64,000 bases of DNA from a bacterium. Lineage in GTDB: Bacteria; Bacillota_I; Bacilli_A; RFN20; CAG-826. This document shows positions 9,963 to 19,626 of this stretch, in pieces. The DNA lies in the NCBI GenBank assembly GCA_963617535.1, contig CAVEPD010000004.1:665-64664 (forward strand), in the 5' to 3' direction. The notes under the pieces are model-generated. The model made no database searches and was not told the origin of the DNA. It saw only the letters and a list, made by a program, of their open reading frames with translations. Position 1 is the stretch's first letter. Every line of letters begins with the position of its first letter. A program made the position numbers and the translations under genes.

Positions 9963-11168
9963 ATGGGGGGCAATATAATTTTCCTCATGGCACGCAAGTC
10001 TATCAAAACATTGTTGGAGTCAAGCAAGCCTTATGTCTTTTTAGCCTTAATCAATCTTTTTTTCTTTTTAATCCCTTTATCATGTAATTTCTACACAGAC
10101 AACGTGAAAATCGAGAACACCGCTCAAAAAATGGCGAGTGTTGCCTCTTCGCTTAACGGTGAGCAGAACACGGTTGCCCTTACCATTAAAAGTAAGACTG
10201 GCTACAACCATGATACCGGGAGCAGTTACTTAGGGGTAGATGTCGGAAAATACAACGGCCTCTTCGTTAATTGTCTACAGCTGACGAACGGTTTGGTCGC
10301 TGACGATTTGAAGTTTTCCTATAGCGGAACCAACCTAGAGGAAATAAGCTATGTGCTCTCTTCTGGCGTTTTCTCCAATCACCAAGGAAAACGGGGCATC
10401 CTCTTTGATCAATACCAGATTTATCTTTATAGTTCCAACGCTAACGCTGATTACGCTGGAGCGAATAACGTTTGCTACGTCACTGAACGGACCGCACAAA
10501 AGATGATGGCCGCCAACTCAGAGTTAAAGAACTACGATGACGTCATCAACAAAACGCTCACTGTGCAATACGGGGAGATCGCCCATACCTGGAAGATAGG
10601 GAACATCATCATGGATAAAGAGGAATTCTACTCCCAAATGAGCTTTATTTATGGGGACTTCGTTCTGGCCTATATTCATCTACCTGGCGATCTAGGCAAG
10701 AATTTGTCCCTCTCCGCATATTTCGGATCGAACACCTATTTGAACATCAATAAATTGAGCTCTCTTATCCCCTTAGAAAACGCCACCTATGAAATTTATA
10801 GAGAAAATCTGAAATCCATCGATCCCAAGACCTTGGACGAGGTGGATTCTTTCTTGAATGGCTTCTCTTACAATAAACTTCTCGACGCCGTTTATTACGC
10901 CGAAATCGGCATAGTCGTCTTAGGCAACACCGTTTTGACGGGAATATTCCTCAAGAAGCGCGAGAGGCTGAAACTCGTTCCTTCTATGATCGCCCCTATC
11001 GGATCTTTGATTGTCGCCTACGTCCCCTTCTGGATAGTTTATGAAGTTACAAAAAACGTCTTTTGTCTTTCCTATATGGGGGTCCTAGGCCTTCTTATTG
11101 TTTTTGTTTGCTCCGAAGTGGCCGTTCTTGCATTTAATCTATCGAAAAGAAAGAAGGCCGAGAAATGA
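9963..11168 (+). CDS. Membrane protein of unknown function with FtsX/MacB-like topology (TM1, ~270 aa extracytoplasmic domain, three C-terminal TMs)
   Basis: 401 aa. Hydrophobic stretches VFLALINLFFFLIPL, IGIVVLGNTVLTGIFL, MIAPIGSLIVAYVPFWIV, MGVLGLLIVFVCSEVAVLAF. The ectodomain has MacB-like phrases (CYVTERTAQKMM; INKTLTVQYGE..WKIGNII). The start is ambiguous (9963 or 9987). Confidence 0.5.
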   Translation: MGGNIIFLMARKSIKTLLESSKPYVFLALINLFFFLIPLSCNFYTDNVKIENTAQKMASVASSLNGEQNTVALTIKSKTGYNHDTGSSYLGVDVGKYNGLFVNCLQLTNGLVADDLKFSYSGTNLEEISYVLSSGVFSNHQGKRGILFDQYQIYLYSSNANADYAGANNVCYVTERTAQKMMAANSELKNYDDVINKTLTVQYGEIAHTWKIGNIIMDKEEFYSQMSFIYGDFVLAYIHLPGDLGKNLSLSAYFGSNTYLNINKLSSLIPLENATYEIYRENLKSIDPKTLDEVDSFLNGFSYNKLLDAVYYAEIGIVVLGNTVLTGIFLKKRERLKLVPSMIAPIGSLIVAYVPFWIVYEVTKNVFCLSYMGVLGLLIVFVCSEVAVLAFNLSKRKKAEK

Positions 11169-12367
11169 GAGCGCCGAGCCTAAAGAAATATTTCACAGGC
11201 TTTGAGAACGTTATTAGGACGTTACTAATCGCCTCGCTTTTCCTTTTCTTCGCGACCTACTATGTTTTTGAAGACATGGCCAAGCTGAACTATTTGATGT
11301 ATGGCCCTGCTGCAGCCATGGGCGTTCTTTGTATCACTTACTACATCAAAAAACGGGAAATCCCGGAAGTTAGACCTTTGATACCCGTCTATGTTTTCGT
11401 ATTGATTGCTTATTTCACGAGTCTGATTGCCAACCCCTTGGCGGCTTTAACATACAGAACTCTCATCGTTTTGGCGGCTTTTGCAAGTGTGATTTATCTC
11501 AGTTGCCGCATCATCGGGAATACGAAAACCGTCTTCAGAGTCTTGTTTATCACAAGTCTTTTCCTCCCCGTCGCCTTCACCTGTTATTACTTTCAAAGCA
11601 TTATAAAATTGGACTTCTCAACACGCTTGGGCGCTTTCTTCGGAAACCAGAACGGAATCGCCGCGAAGCTGAGCGTCTCAGCAATCTTGCTAACTTCCGT
11701 GGCAGTGTATAAACGCCAATACTGGGTTTTGTTATTTGTCTTATTTGACTTCGTTTTGATAATAAGCACTGGAAGCAAGATGGGGCTTATGTATCTTGCC
11801 GGAATCTCAGTTTTTGGAATTTGCGCTTTCTTCCGGAAAAGGATATGGCTCGGCATCCTAGTCTCGATCTTCGCCATTTTAATTATGGCCGTAACAATCC
11901 TCGTTTTTCCTCCATTCGTCACAATCAAAGAGCGTCTCTTCGAACACATCGGCTATCTGCTTGGCCAAGGCAACGTCTCCGCCTCCTCCTATCAGAGGGG
12001 GCTTTATCGAGACAACGCCTTCTATTTATCCTTCAAAAATCTATTTATCGGCTATGGCGTAGATGGCTTTGATGTCGTTTCCGGAATCGGCACCTACTCC
12101 CATAATAACATTTCGGAACTTATATGTGACTTTGGATTATTCGGATTGCTCTCTTTCTATGGAATTTTCGTTTACATCGCTCTCACATTTAAAAACGTTC
12201 GGAAGACAATCGACGCAACCATTGCCTTCTATGTGCTTTTAGGCATCACTGTTCTTACTTCCACCGCAACGATTTTCTATTATGACAAAATCGTATTCTT
12301 CTTGTTTGCGATTTGTATCTTTATCAACACTCAGAAGAACGTTGAATACACCCGCATAACAATTTGA
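11165..12367 (+). CDS. wzy: O-antigen/EPS polymerase (Wzy, O-antigen-ligase-like domain)
   Basis: 400 aa polytopic membrane protein with an STGSKMGLMYLAG-type Wzy_C segment. ATGA overlap with the upstream gene. Confidence 0.65.
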   Translation: MRAPSLKKYFTGFENVIRTLLIASLFLFFATYYVFEDMAKLNYLMYGPAAAMGVLCITYYIKKREIPEVRPLIPVYVFVLIAYFTSLIANPLAALTYRTLIVLAAFASVIYLSCRIIGNTKTVFRVLFITSLFLPVAFTCYYFQSIIKLDFSTRLGAFFGNQNGIAAKLSVSAILLTSVAVYKRQYWVLLFVLFDFVLIISTGSKMGLMYLAGISVFGICAFFRKRIWLGILVSIFAILIMAVTILVFPPFVTIKERLFEHIGYLLGQGNVSASSYQRGLYRDNAFYLSFKNLFIGYGVDGFDVVSGIGTYSHNNISELICDFGLFGLLSFYGIFVYIALTFKNVRKTIDATIAFYVLLGITVLTSTATIFYYDKIVFFLFAICIFINTQKNVEYTRITI

Positions 12368-12383
12368 GAGGCAAACATGTCTT

Positions 12384-13313
12384 ATGAAGATGAAAAAACA
12401 CGCTAAAGCTATAGGAAAATTTTTAACCGACAAGAACTACCGGTTTCTTGTTTTGGCTGGAAAGGGCAAATATGACAAAATGCCGGATGAGCAATATTTG
12501 AAGAAGTTCTTCAAGGCCAAGACCGGATGCGAATTGAACCTGGAGAACCCCAAGTCCTTCAGCGAAAAACTGCAATGGCTAAAACTGCACGATCGGAAAG
12601 ACATCTACACTGTGATGGCCGACAAATACCTTATGAAAGAATTCGTCACCGAGAGAATCGGGGAGGGGCACGTCGTACCACTTCTCGGAGTTTACGATTC
12701 GCCAGATGAAATCGACTTTTCAAAGCTACCGAACCAGTTTGTTTTGAAATGCAATCATAATTCTGGGCTAGGGATGTACATTTGCAAAGACAAAAGCAAA
12801 TTAAGTAAAAGGGACGTAAAACGCATTAAGAAAAACCTAGCCAAGGGCCTTGCCCAGGACTATTACCTCCATTGCAGGGAATGGCCTTACAAAAACATTA
12901 AGCGAAAAATCATCGCTGAGGAATTCCTAAAAGAAACCACTCACCCAAATTTAGATTGTCTCATTGATTACAAATGGTTTTGCTTTGATGGCGAACCAAA
13001 AATCATGTACATCGGCACGGATGCAAGTGCTCATCCCGCCTGCGACTGGTTCGACATGGACTTCAATTTTCTAGACGTGCACGACAAGGACCCGAATTCA
13101 GCGGTGCGCCCAAGCAAGCCAGCGGATTTCGAAGAAATGAAGAAATACGCGAGGATTCTAGCGCAGGGCACAAAGTTCCTCCGCGTTGATTTTTACGTAG
13201 TCAACGGGAATGTATACGTGGGCGAACTTACTTTCTTCCACAACGGTGGAACAACAGGGATAAAGCCTGAAAAAATGGACCTGAATTTAGAGGGGGCATC
13301 ATTTTGGGCCTAG
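12384..13313 (+). CDS. ATP-grasp fold amidoligase, TupA-like (PF14305-type)
   Basis: NPKSFSEKLQWLKLHDRKDIYTVMADKYLMKEFV, FVLKCNHNSG, YYLHCREWPYKNIKRKIIAEEFL, FLRVDFYVVNGNVYVGELTFF. Paralogue of the next gene. Confidence 0.75.
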   Translation: MKMKKHAKAIGKFLTDKNYRFLVLAGKGKYDKMPDEQYLKKFFKAKTGCELNLENPKSFSEKLQWLKLHDRKDIYTVMADKYLMKEFVTERIGEGHVVPLLGVYDSPDEIDFSKLPNQFVLKCNHNSGLGMYICKDKSKLSKRDVKRIKKNLAKGLAQDYYLHCREWPYKNIKRKIIAEEFLKETTHPNLDCLIDYKWFCFDGEPKIMYIGTDASAHPACDWFDMDFNFLDVHDKDPNSAVRPSKPADFEEMKKYARILAQGTKFLRVDFYVVNGNVYVGELTFFHNGGTTGIKPEKMDLNLEGASFWA

Positions 13314-13420
13314 AGAAATAGGCAGTCATCCTTCAAATTGCTTCTCTCATGAAAGCCCGCCAAAAACGAGCTTAAAACATAAAGCCCAAGCGGCCCACCA
13401 AGCATCATGAGGAAGCAACA

Positions 13421-14347
13421 ATGAAAAAGAACCTACTACGAAAGATGAAGAAATATATTACCGACCCTAGACTCCTATACGTGCGCTTCGCGAGCCACAA
13501 ACTTGCCAAAAAAGCATCCAGCATGGAGGATGAGGAATTTATCAAAGAGACATTCGAAATCAACATGGGCTATAAGCTAGATTTGAGTAATCCCAAGACC
13601 TTCAACGAAAAACTCAATTGGCTGAAGCTCCATAATCGGAAGGAAGTTTACACCACAATGGTGGACAAGCACGCAGTCAAACAATTCGTGCGCGATTCCT
13701 CCTGTGGCGAAGAGATTGGCATTGCCGAGGAATTAGGATGCTATGAGAACGCAGACCAGATTGACTTTGATTCTCTTCCAGACCACTTTGTTCTCAAAAC
13801 AACCCATGGTTGCGGAGGCATGGTAATTTGCAAAGATAAAAGCAAGTTAGACATCCCATCAATCAAAAAAGAGTTAAACGCTTCTTTGAAGGATAATTAC
13901 TACTATCACTGCAGGGAATGGCCTTATAAGGACGTTCCCCCGAGAATCATCGCTGAGGCTTTCTTAAGCGATGGTATCCATGATGTGTTGCCCGTCTACA
14001 AGTTTTTCTGCTTTGACGGCGAACCTTACTTAGCCCAAGTTATCAGCAACGACAAAAAATCCAACGAGACCATTGACTACGTTGACATGGATTACAACAA
14101 ATTGAAGCTCAAACAGAACTATCCGAATAGCAGGCGTCCTCTCCCTAAACCTGCTGAATTTGAGAGGATGAAGAATATATGTCGTGTTCTCACAAGAGGC
14201 ATTCCTTTCGTCCGCTGCGATCTATATGACGTAAATGGGAAAATCTATTTTTCCGAGTTTACTTTCTTTTCAGACGCAGGTTTTACTAGGTTTCATCCAA
14301 AGAGTTGGGATAGGAAGCTTGGGGATTTGATAAAATTAGAAAAGTGA
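13421..14347 (+). CDS. ATP-grasp fold amidoligase, TupA-like (second paralogue)
   Basis: NPKTFNEKLNWLKLHNRKEVYTTMVDKHAVKQFV, FVLKTTHGCG, YYYHCREWPYKDVPPRIIAEAFL, FVRCDLYDVNGKIYFSEFTFF. Confidence 0.75.
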   Translation: MKKNLLRKMKKYITDPRLLYVRFASHKLAKKASSMEDEEFIKETFEINMGYKLDLSNPKTFNEKLNWLKLHNRKEVYTTMVDKHAVKQFVRDSSCGEEIGIAEELGCYENADQIDFDSLPDHFVLKTTHGCGGMVICKDKSKLDIPSIKKELNASLKDNYYYHCREWPYKDVPPRIIAEAFLSDGIHDVLPVYKFFCFDGEPYLAQVISNDKKSNETIDYVDMDYNKLKLKQNYPNSRRPLPKPAEFERMKNICRVLTRGIPFVRCDLYDVNGKIYFSEFTFFSDAGFTRFHPKSWDRKLGDLIKLEK

Positions 14348-14518
14348 TACGAGATCAAGGACTTTTAATGAACAGGTTTACAGGGTGCGGCAAAAAAAAG
14401 ACAAAAATAAACCTTAGGAAAAGGCTTTTTCTTCGAGAAAAACGTAGGCCTTTAGAATATTCGACCAGTCATGCTCAAAATGCTTGGATAATCCTAAGCA
14501 AGCGAAGGGAGCAACGGC

Positions 14519-16045
14519 ATGGATAATAAAACCCGTTCGAACAAAGCTCTTTTGAATATGGGGTCCTCACTACTCGAGGAGATTGTAAGCATCGTTTGCG
14601 GCTTGATTACGCCTCGTTTAATTTTGACTACTTTTGGATCCACGTATAACGGGGTTGTATCCTCGGCAAGTCAGTTCTTAAACATGATTAATATTTTGAC
14701 GCTAGGCATTACAGCCTCAACGCGCGTAGCTCTTTATAAGCCATTGGCGGACCATGATTCCTTAGCCGTCAGCTCGCTAATGAAATCAACGAAACGCTTT
14801 ATGCGGCGGATAAGTTTGATTGTCGTCATATACGCCGCCGCACTTTGCTTTATCCTGCCAGTAATTTCAAACAGCGACCTCTCTTATTGGGAAGTCGCTT
14901 CTCTTGTAGCTATCGTCAGCCTGGGGACTTTCGCAAATTACTTTTTCAGCATAAGCGATCGCACCCTCTTGACCGCGGCTCAAGCAAGTTATGTCTACAC
15001 AATCGCGAACGTAATCAAAACCGTGCTGAATACGGTTTGCGTGGCAATATTAATTCAAGCGAATTGTTCGATATACATTGTCAAGCTTGGCAGTTCTATT
15101 GTCTTTTTCTTGACTCCGGCAATTCTGAGTTTCTACGTCAAAAAGAGATTTTCTCTTACCAACAAATGTGAGCCAAACGATGCGGGAATAAAAGGGAGAA
15201 AAGCGACTGCCTTCCACGTCATTTCAAACGTCATCCACGACAACGTCGATGTAGTGACCCTGACAATCTTCGCTGATACTAAAATCGTTTCCGTTTACAC
15301 CGTCTACTATTTTGTTGTCGGCAAGGTCAAATCACTGTTGTCGGTCGCGACGGCGGGCATGGAAGCGGCCTTCGGAGATATTTGGGCACGAAAGGAAATG
15401 GATTCGCTGAATCGCAACTTTCGAACTTACGAATTTATGCTTTTCACTCTTACAACAATTATCTTCTCGTGTGTAGGAGTCCTGATTTTACCTTTCGTAA
15501 CAATCTATACAGCTGGGGTCGAAGACATAAATTACGTAATTCCATCCGTTGCCATATCGATAACCATAGCAGAGGCCGCTTATTGTTTTAGACAGCCTTA
15601 TCTAACCCTTGTATATGCCACAGGTAGTTTCGAAGAGACAAAATGGGGGGCAATGATCGAAGCCGGTATCAATGTCGTGATATCCGTCGTTCTAGTAAAC
15701 TTTTTGGGAATTGTTGGAGTGGCAATAGGCACCTTTGTTGCCAATGTTTTTCGGACGGCGCAATATTCTTATTATGTCTCAAAAAATATATTGCATCGCA
15801 GTATTTTTGTCGTGATATGGCGGTTTGTATGGGCGATAACAACCGCAGGGGTTATTGTTGGGGTTTCACTCGTCTGCATTCACTTCATTCCATTTGAGAC
15901 GACTTGGCTTGGCTGGTTTCTTGAAGCGTTGCTCATATTTGGAATGTCCTTAATAATTGCATTGGTATCTTCGCTTATTTTTTATCGTAATGATTTGAAA
16001 AACTTGTTCTCAGTTGGAGCGCGCGCGCTCAAAAGGCAGAAATAA
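14519..16045 (+). CDS. wzx: Polysaccharide flippase (Wzx, MOP superfamily)
   Basis: 508 aa with roughly 12-14 predicted TM helices. It is the last plus-strand gene of the glycan operon. Confidence 0.75.
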   Translation: MDNKTRSNKALLNMGSSLLEEIVSIVCGLITPRLILTTFGSTYNGVVSSASQFLNMINILTLGITASTRVALYKPLADHDSLAVSSLMKSTKRFMRRISLIVVIYAAALCFILPVISNSDLSYWEVASLVAIVSLGTFANYFFSISDRTLLTAAQASYVYTIANVIKTVLNTVCVAILIQANCSIYIVKLGSSIVFFLTPAILSFYVKKRFSLTNKCEPNDAGIKGRKATAFHVISNVIHDNVDVVTLTIFADTKIVSVYTVYYFVVGKVKSLLSVATAGMEAAFGDIWARKEMDSLNRNFRTYEFMLFTLTTIIFSCVGVLILPFVTIYTAGVEDINYVIPSVAISITIAEAAYCFRQPYLTLVYATGSFEETKWGAMIEAGINVVISVVLVNFLGIVGVAIGTFVANVFRTAQYSYYVSKNILHRSIFVVIWRFVWAITTAGVIVGVSLVCIHFIPFETTWLGWFLEALLIFGMSLIIALVSSLIFYRNDLKNLFSVGARALKRQK

Positions 16046-16072
16046 GGTCGTGAGAATCACCGCCCACAAAAC

Positions 16073-17131
16073 CTAGGCTTTGCGTGCCATTCTTTTTCTA
16101 CACTTTTCGATATTCTTAGGGCGCTCAGTCGATTTATATAGATTAGGTTGGAGAACGCTTGGGAGGTCTCGTTCTTCAATCTTTAGACGATTTTTAATAA
16201 CGTTGAACGTTCTTTCCCCTTTTTCGGAATTTACAATCACCAAAGAGCATCCCTTGTTATCGTTTAGCTCTGTGTTTAGATCTCTCTCCAGTCCCCAGCA
16301 ATCACCAATTGTAAGATCCCCCGTCCTAAAAGGGGAAGCGTAAGGGCATTGGAAGCAAGAATCGCGCATGAGAAGTCTTTTACTATATAAAAGCGAATAG
16401 CGAACAACTTCGTGCGTGTTAATCAGTTTCTTTCCGTCGGCAAAACTCACTTCGACATTATTACCACGCCAGCCAACGCTCTTGCTTCTGAACCTGAAGG
16501 AAACTATGGGACCGTGCTTTTTCTTGAGACGATTTATAAAATTTTTGAAGAAAAGCGGCGAAGAGACTCCATGGCACACGATATCAACCAAGAGCAAATT
16601 CTCGTAAGGCCGGCCCAAGAACAGTTTCAGGGAATGGACCTGGCAAGGAGTTCCGGTGAAAAGAACCATTATCCCAGAGTCAAGAAGCTCTTTTATCTTC
16701 AAATGGATATCTCCCATCATACTTTGCACATATTTGGCACCGCGCATCTTGTCCCTATCGTTAGATTCGTTTGACAAAAGATGGACAACCTTGAGCTCAT
16801 CATCGAAAACAGCTCCGGCAATGAAACCTCTTGAGGCCAAAACGTATTCAGATAGAGCCGTGAAAACGCCGCCTGAAGTACTTTCTTTGAGAATTTCGTT
16901 ATCCTTAATACGGGCCGCATAAACTTTTGGAAGATAAGGCTTTGGGGAATAACGGTTCGCCGCAGGGCACGCCTTTACACAGCTGCCACATTTTAAGCAA
17001 AGGCTGTAATCAACTTTTGGGAACAAAAAACCATATTCATCTGGGGCCATCGAAATTGCATGCTTTTTGCAAACGCTTGAGCAAGCAGAACACCCATAGC
17101 AATTTTTAAAGTCTTTAATTTTGTCAATCAT
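16073..17131 (-). CDS. FrhB-like (coenzyme F420 hydrogenase/dehydrogenase beta-subunit family) flavoprotein with an N-terminal 2x[4Fe-4S] ferredoxin domain
   Basis: CYGCSACSSVC and CLKCGSCVKACP cluster motifs, followed by an FrhB-type body. The start was set to the ATG at 17131, which gives an ATGATTGA overlap with the upstream pyruvyl transferase. Confidence 0.7.
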   Translation of the reverse strand: MIDKIKDFKNCYGCSACSSVCKKHAISMAPDEYGFLFPKVDYSLCLKCGSCVKACPAANRYSPKPYLPKVYAARIKDNEILKESTSGGVFTALSEYVLASRGFIAGAVFDDELKVVHLLSNESNDRDKMRGAKYVQSMMGDIHLKIKELLDSGIMVLFTGTPCQVHSLKLFLGRPYENLLLVDIVCHGVSSPLFFKNFINRLKKKHGPIVSFRFRSKSVGWRGNNVEVSFADGKKLINTHEVVRYSLLYSKRLLMRDSCFQCPYASPFRTGDLTIGDCWGLERDLNTELNDNKGCSLVIVNSEKGERTFNVIKNRLKIEERDLPSVLQPNLYKSTERPKNIEKCRKRMARKA

Positions 17132-18230
17132 AACATTTATCGATAGCTGTAAGCAGAAACTCTTTGGATTTTTTAATGGACGGTTCCAATCTGGTGAGAG
17201 AGGCTTCTCCATCAATTAGATTGAGATCAGCAGAGTTTTCTCCTATTAAATTTTGGGCATCACCCGTCAAACCGAGAATGTGCTGTAATCTAGTGTTCCT
17301 TTTCGAATGCGCACAAGCGTAGAAAGGCTTTTCAAAAAGTATGGAAAATGCGATACCATGAAAAGAATTGGTAACAACAATTCTGGCGTGAGAAACCAAA
17401 TTCAAAAAATCCAAGGGGGAAGCTTTCCCGTACGTCTTGTGGTAACAGCTCAATTTTAGTTTTGAGCCACACCCATCAATTAGAATTATTTTACAATCAG
17501 GATGTCTTCCTGCCACTGTATCAATTGCCCTTTCAAACCAAGAGCTTTTCTCCATACTATAAACGAGTATGTAATTCCCCTTTGGTTTTTTCGCGTTGGC
17601 AGTCATAGCCTCCCACTCCCTTTTAGACAGCAAAAACGTGGGATCGACCACAACATTTTTTTCATGAAGATCAGTCAAAGAGGAAGCAATTTCGTATCCG
17701 CTCTCTTCGCGGAAGGAAAGGGCATCAAAATCCGGAAAGTAGCTCAAAATTGCCCATTTTTCCAGATCGCTGATGCTTGCGCGCCCAAAACTCGAAGCAT
17801 AGCTAATTTTCTTAACACCATCAAAAGGTAAGTAATATGCAAATGTGTTCCCCGATAAGGACAGGTTTAGAATCTGATCGCTTCCAGATATGAGAACATC
17901 ATACATAGCGCAAAAATTCCTAAATTCCACATCCCCATAGCATTTCTTCGCCGAGATCCTCGGATAGAGGCGCTGAAACCTTTCAAACTTAAGGGAAACC
18001 CTCATGTTTTTTCTCGCGGATGGTATCAACATCAGTTTTCCAAAATGAAGCATTCTTCGCTTCCAGCTTCTTTTTTTCTGATAAGAGTTCGGATAGAAGT
18101 CAACTAACTCAGTTCGTGGATAGATGCCATTCAAAAAAGCGCACAACGCATATGCCTGAAGATTTGCGCCAACGTTTGTCGCCGCGTGGAATGTTAAAAT
18201 TCCTATTTTTAAATTTCTCTTTATGTTCAT
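17124..18230 (-). CDS. Polysaccharide pyruvyl transferase family protein (WcaK/CsaB-like)
   Basis: KIGILTFHAATNVGANLQAYAL N-terminus and a VVTNSFHGIAFSILFEKPF motif. Confidence 0.8.
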   Translation of the reverse strand: MNIKRNLKIGILTFHAATNVGANLQAYALCAFLNGIYPRTELVDFYPNSYQKKRSWKRRMLHFGKLMLIPSARKNMRVSLKFERFQRLYPRISAKKCYGDVEFRNFCAMYDVLISGSDQILNLSLSGNTFAYYLPFDGVKKISYASSFGRASISDLEKWAILSYFPDFDALSFREESGYEIASSLTDLHEKNVVVDPTFLLSKREWEAMTANAKKPKGNYILVYSMEKSSWFERAIDTVAGRHPDCKIILIDGCGSKLKLSCYHKTYGKASPLDFLNLVSHARIVVTNSFHGIAFSILFEKPFYACAHSKRNTRLQHILGLTGDAQNLIGENSADLNLIDGEASLTRLEPSIKKSKEFLLTAIDKCYD

Positions 18231-19381
18231 TTCAAACCATAGATTTTCATTAAATTTGTCTTAAACGATCTATCTGAAAATCTCGAAACATCGTAGTTTT
18301 CTCTTTTGTTTCCATGCGACTGGAAATAAAGCCAAATAGTACGCGCCCATTTCTCAGGGCCATCTTCGAGGCTTTGATAAATAGCCCCACCACAGTTCAT
18401 TTCAGATGGAACGGCGTCGGAAACAAAAATAGGTATCCCACACGCCTGAAACTCGATTGTTGCAATTGACGCCGCTTCAGATAATGACGGGAGAAGCCCG
18501 TATGAAGTTTCGCATAAATATTGTTCAATTGAGTCATTGCCATTAATAATTTCAACATTTTCGTTTAGCTTTTTGGAACAAATATAATCGTTAAGATTTT
18601 TGCTATAATCCTTTTCGTACGCCCAGCCAATGAGAAGAAGTTTGAAATTTGGCACATACTTTTTGAGTTCTTCGGCAACTTTTACAGCGAACATTTGGTT
18701 TTTATTCCGGCTTATAGAGGCAACATGTGCCAAAACAAGTTGGTTTTCAGACAAAGGACAGTTTAAATTGTGATTGAACCGACCTTGATCATAACTATTA
18801 TAGAGAATGGTATATTTCACGTTCCCAAAGGCATGCTCACAGCAAGGATTGGATACTCCAATACGTTCCGTGGCATATTTGAGCGATAAGTTACGGTCTC
18901 GAAGTTCTATCCCATTTAACAATCTAGTCTTTAGGGACTTTGATTCCGGGATTTTATGGTCGATGTTTATGTGCAGAATCCTTTTTTCTATGCCAAACTT
19001 CTCAGCTGTTTTGAGAACGCCCCAGCTCTGAAACTCCACGAAACAGTGTATTAGGGAATAATCATTACGCTTTAGGGCTTTTTTGGTAATTTTACGGATT
19101 CTTTTCTGCCGCAAAAACAAAAGCCAAAGAAACTTGCCAAAAAGCGTCCGAGGTTTTTTTACCTCGTGTTCCTCGAGCGTGACGTTGCTAACGCCTTCTT
19201 TATTAAGCCTTTCGTAATAGTAGCAATTCCCTTTGTCCAGGGTAATGATGTGAAAGTCAAAACAATCATGTAGCGATTTGACTACGCTAAAAATTACATA
19301 GGGAACCCCGGATTTTCCAAGGTCAGTACCAGTGATTATAAGTGCTTTTGGTTTTTTTGTGTTTTCCATCATCAGAAGCAA
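18227..19381 (-). CDS. GT-B fold glycosyltransferase (family 4-like)
   Basis: SEAASIATIEFQACGIPIFVSD motif. It is the first gene of a three-gene minus-strand operon and has a 4-nt overlap with the next gene. Confidence 0.7.
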   Translation of the reverse strand: MLLMMENTKKPKALIITGTDLGKSGVPYVIFSVVKSLHDCFDFHIITLDKGNCYYYERLNKEGVSNVTLEEHEVKKPRTLFGKFLWLLFLRQKRIRKITKKALKRNDYSLIHCFVEFQSWGVLKTAEKFGIEKRILHINIDHKIPESKSLKTRLLNGIELRDRNLSLKYATERIGVSNPCCEHAFGNVKYTILYNSYDQGRFNHNLNCPLSENQLVLAHVASISRNKNQMFAVKVAEELKKYVPNFKLLLIGWAYEKDYSKNLNDYICSKKLNENVEIINGNDSIEQYLCETSYGLLPSLSEAASIATIEFQACGIPIFVSDAVPSEMNCGGAIYQSLEDGPEKWARTIWLYFQSHGNKRENYDVSRFSDRSFKTNLMKIYGLK

Positions 19382-19626
19382 CGACTTCGTTTCCTGCTAG
19401 TGTTGCTCAACTGTCAAAAACATTACCATTGCATCTCCCAATCATCAAGAAATAGTGAGCAAGCAACGCCACCACTAGCCTTTCATAGTCTCTAAAGACT
19501 ATCCTTGCCCCTTTTGCTTTCAAATTACCCGTCATCCTTCTACAATACCGCTTAGAGATCAAACCGCCTCCTTTTTTAGGCGGTTCTCTCTTCCCTTAGG
19601 CTCAGCTAGCCACACTTCAAAAAGCA

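Noticed and set aside
14344-14526. 60-aa ORF between the second ATP-grasp gene and wzx
   Set aside because: It is highly basic and low-complexity, has no RBS, and simply fills the intergenic spacer.
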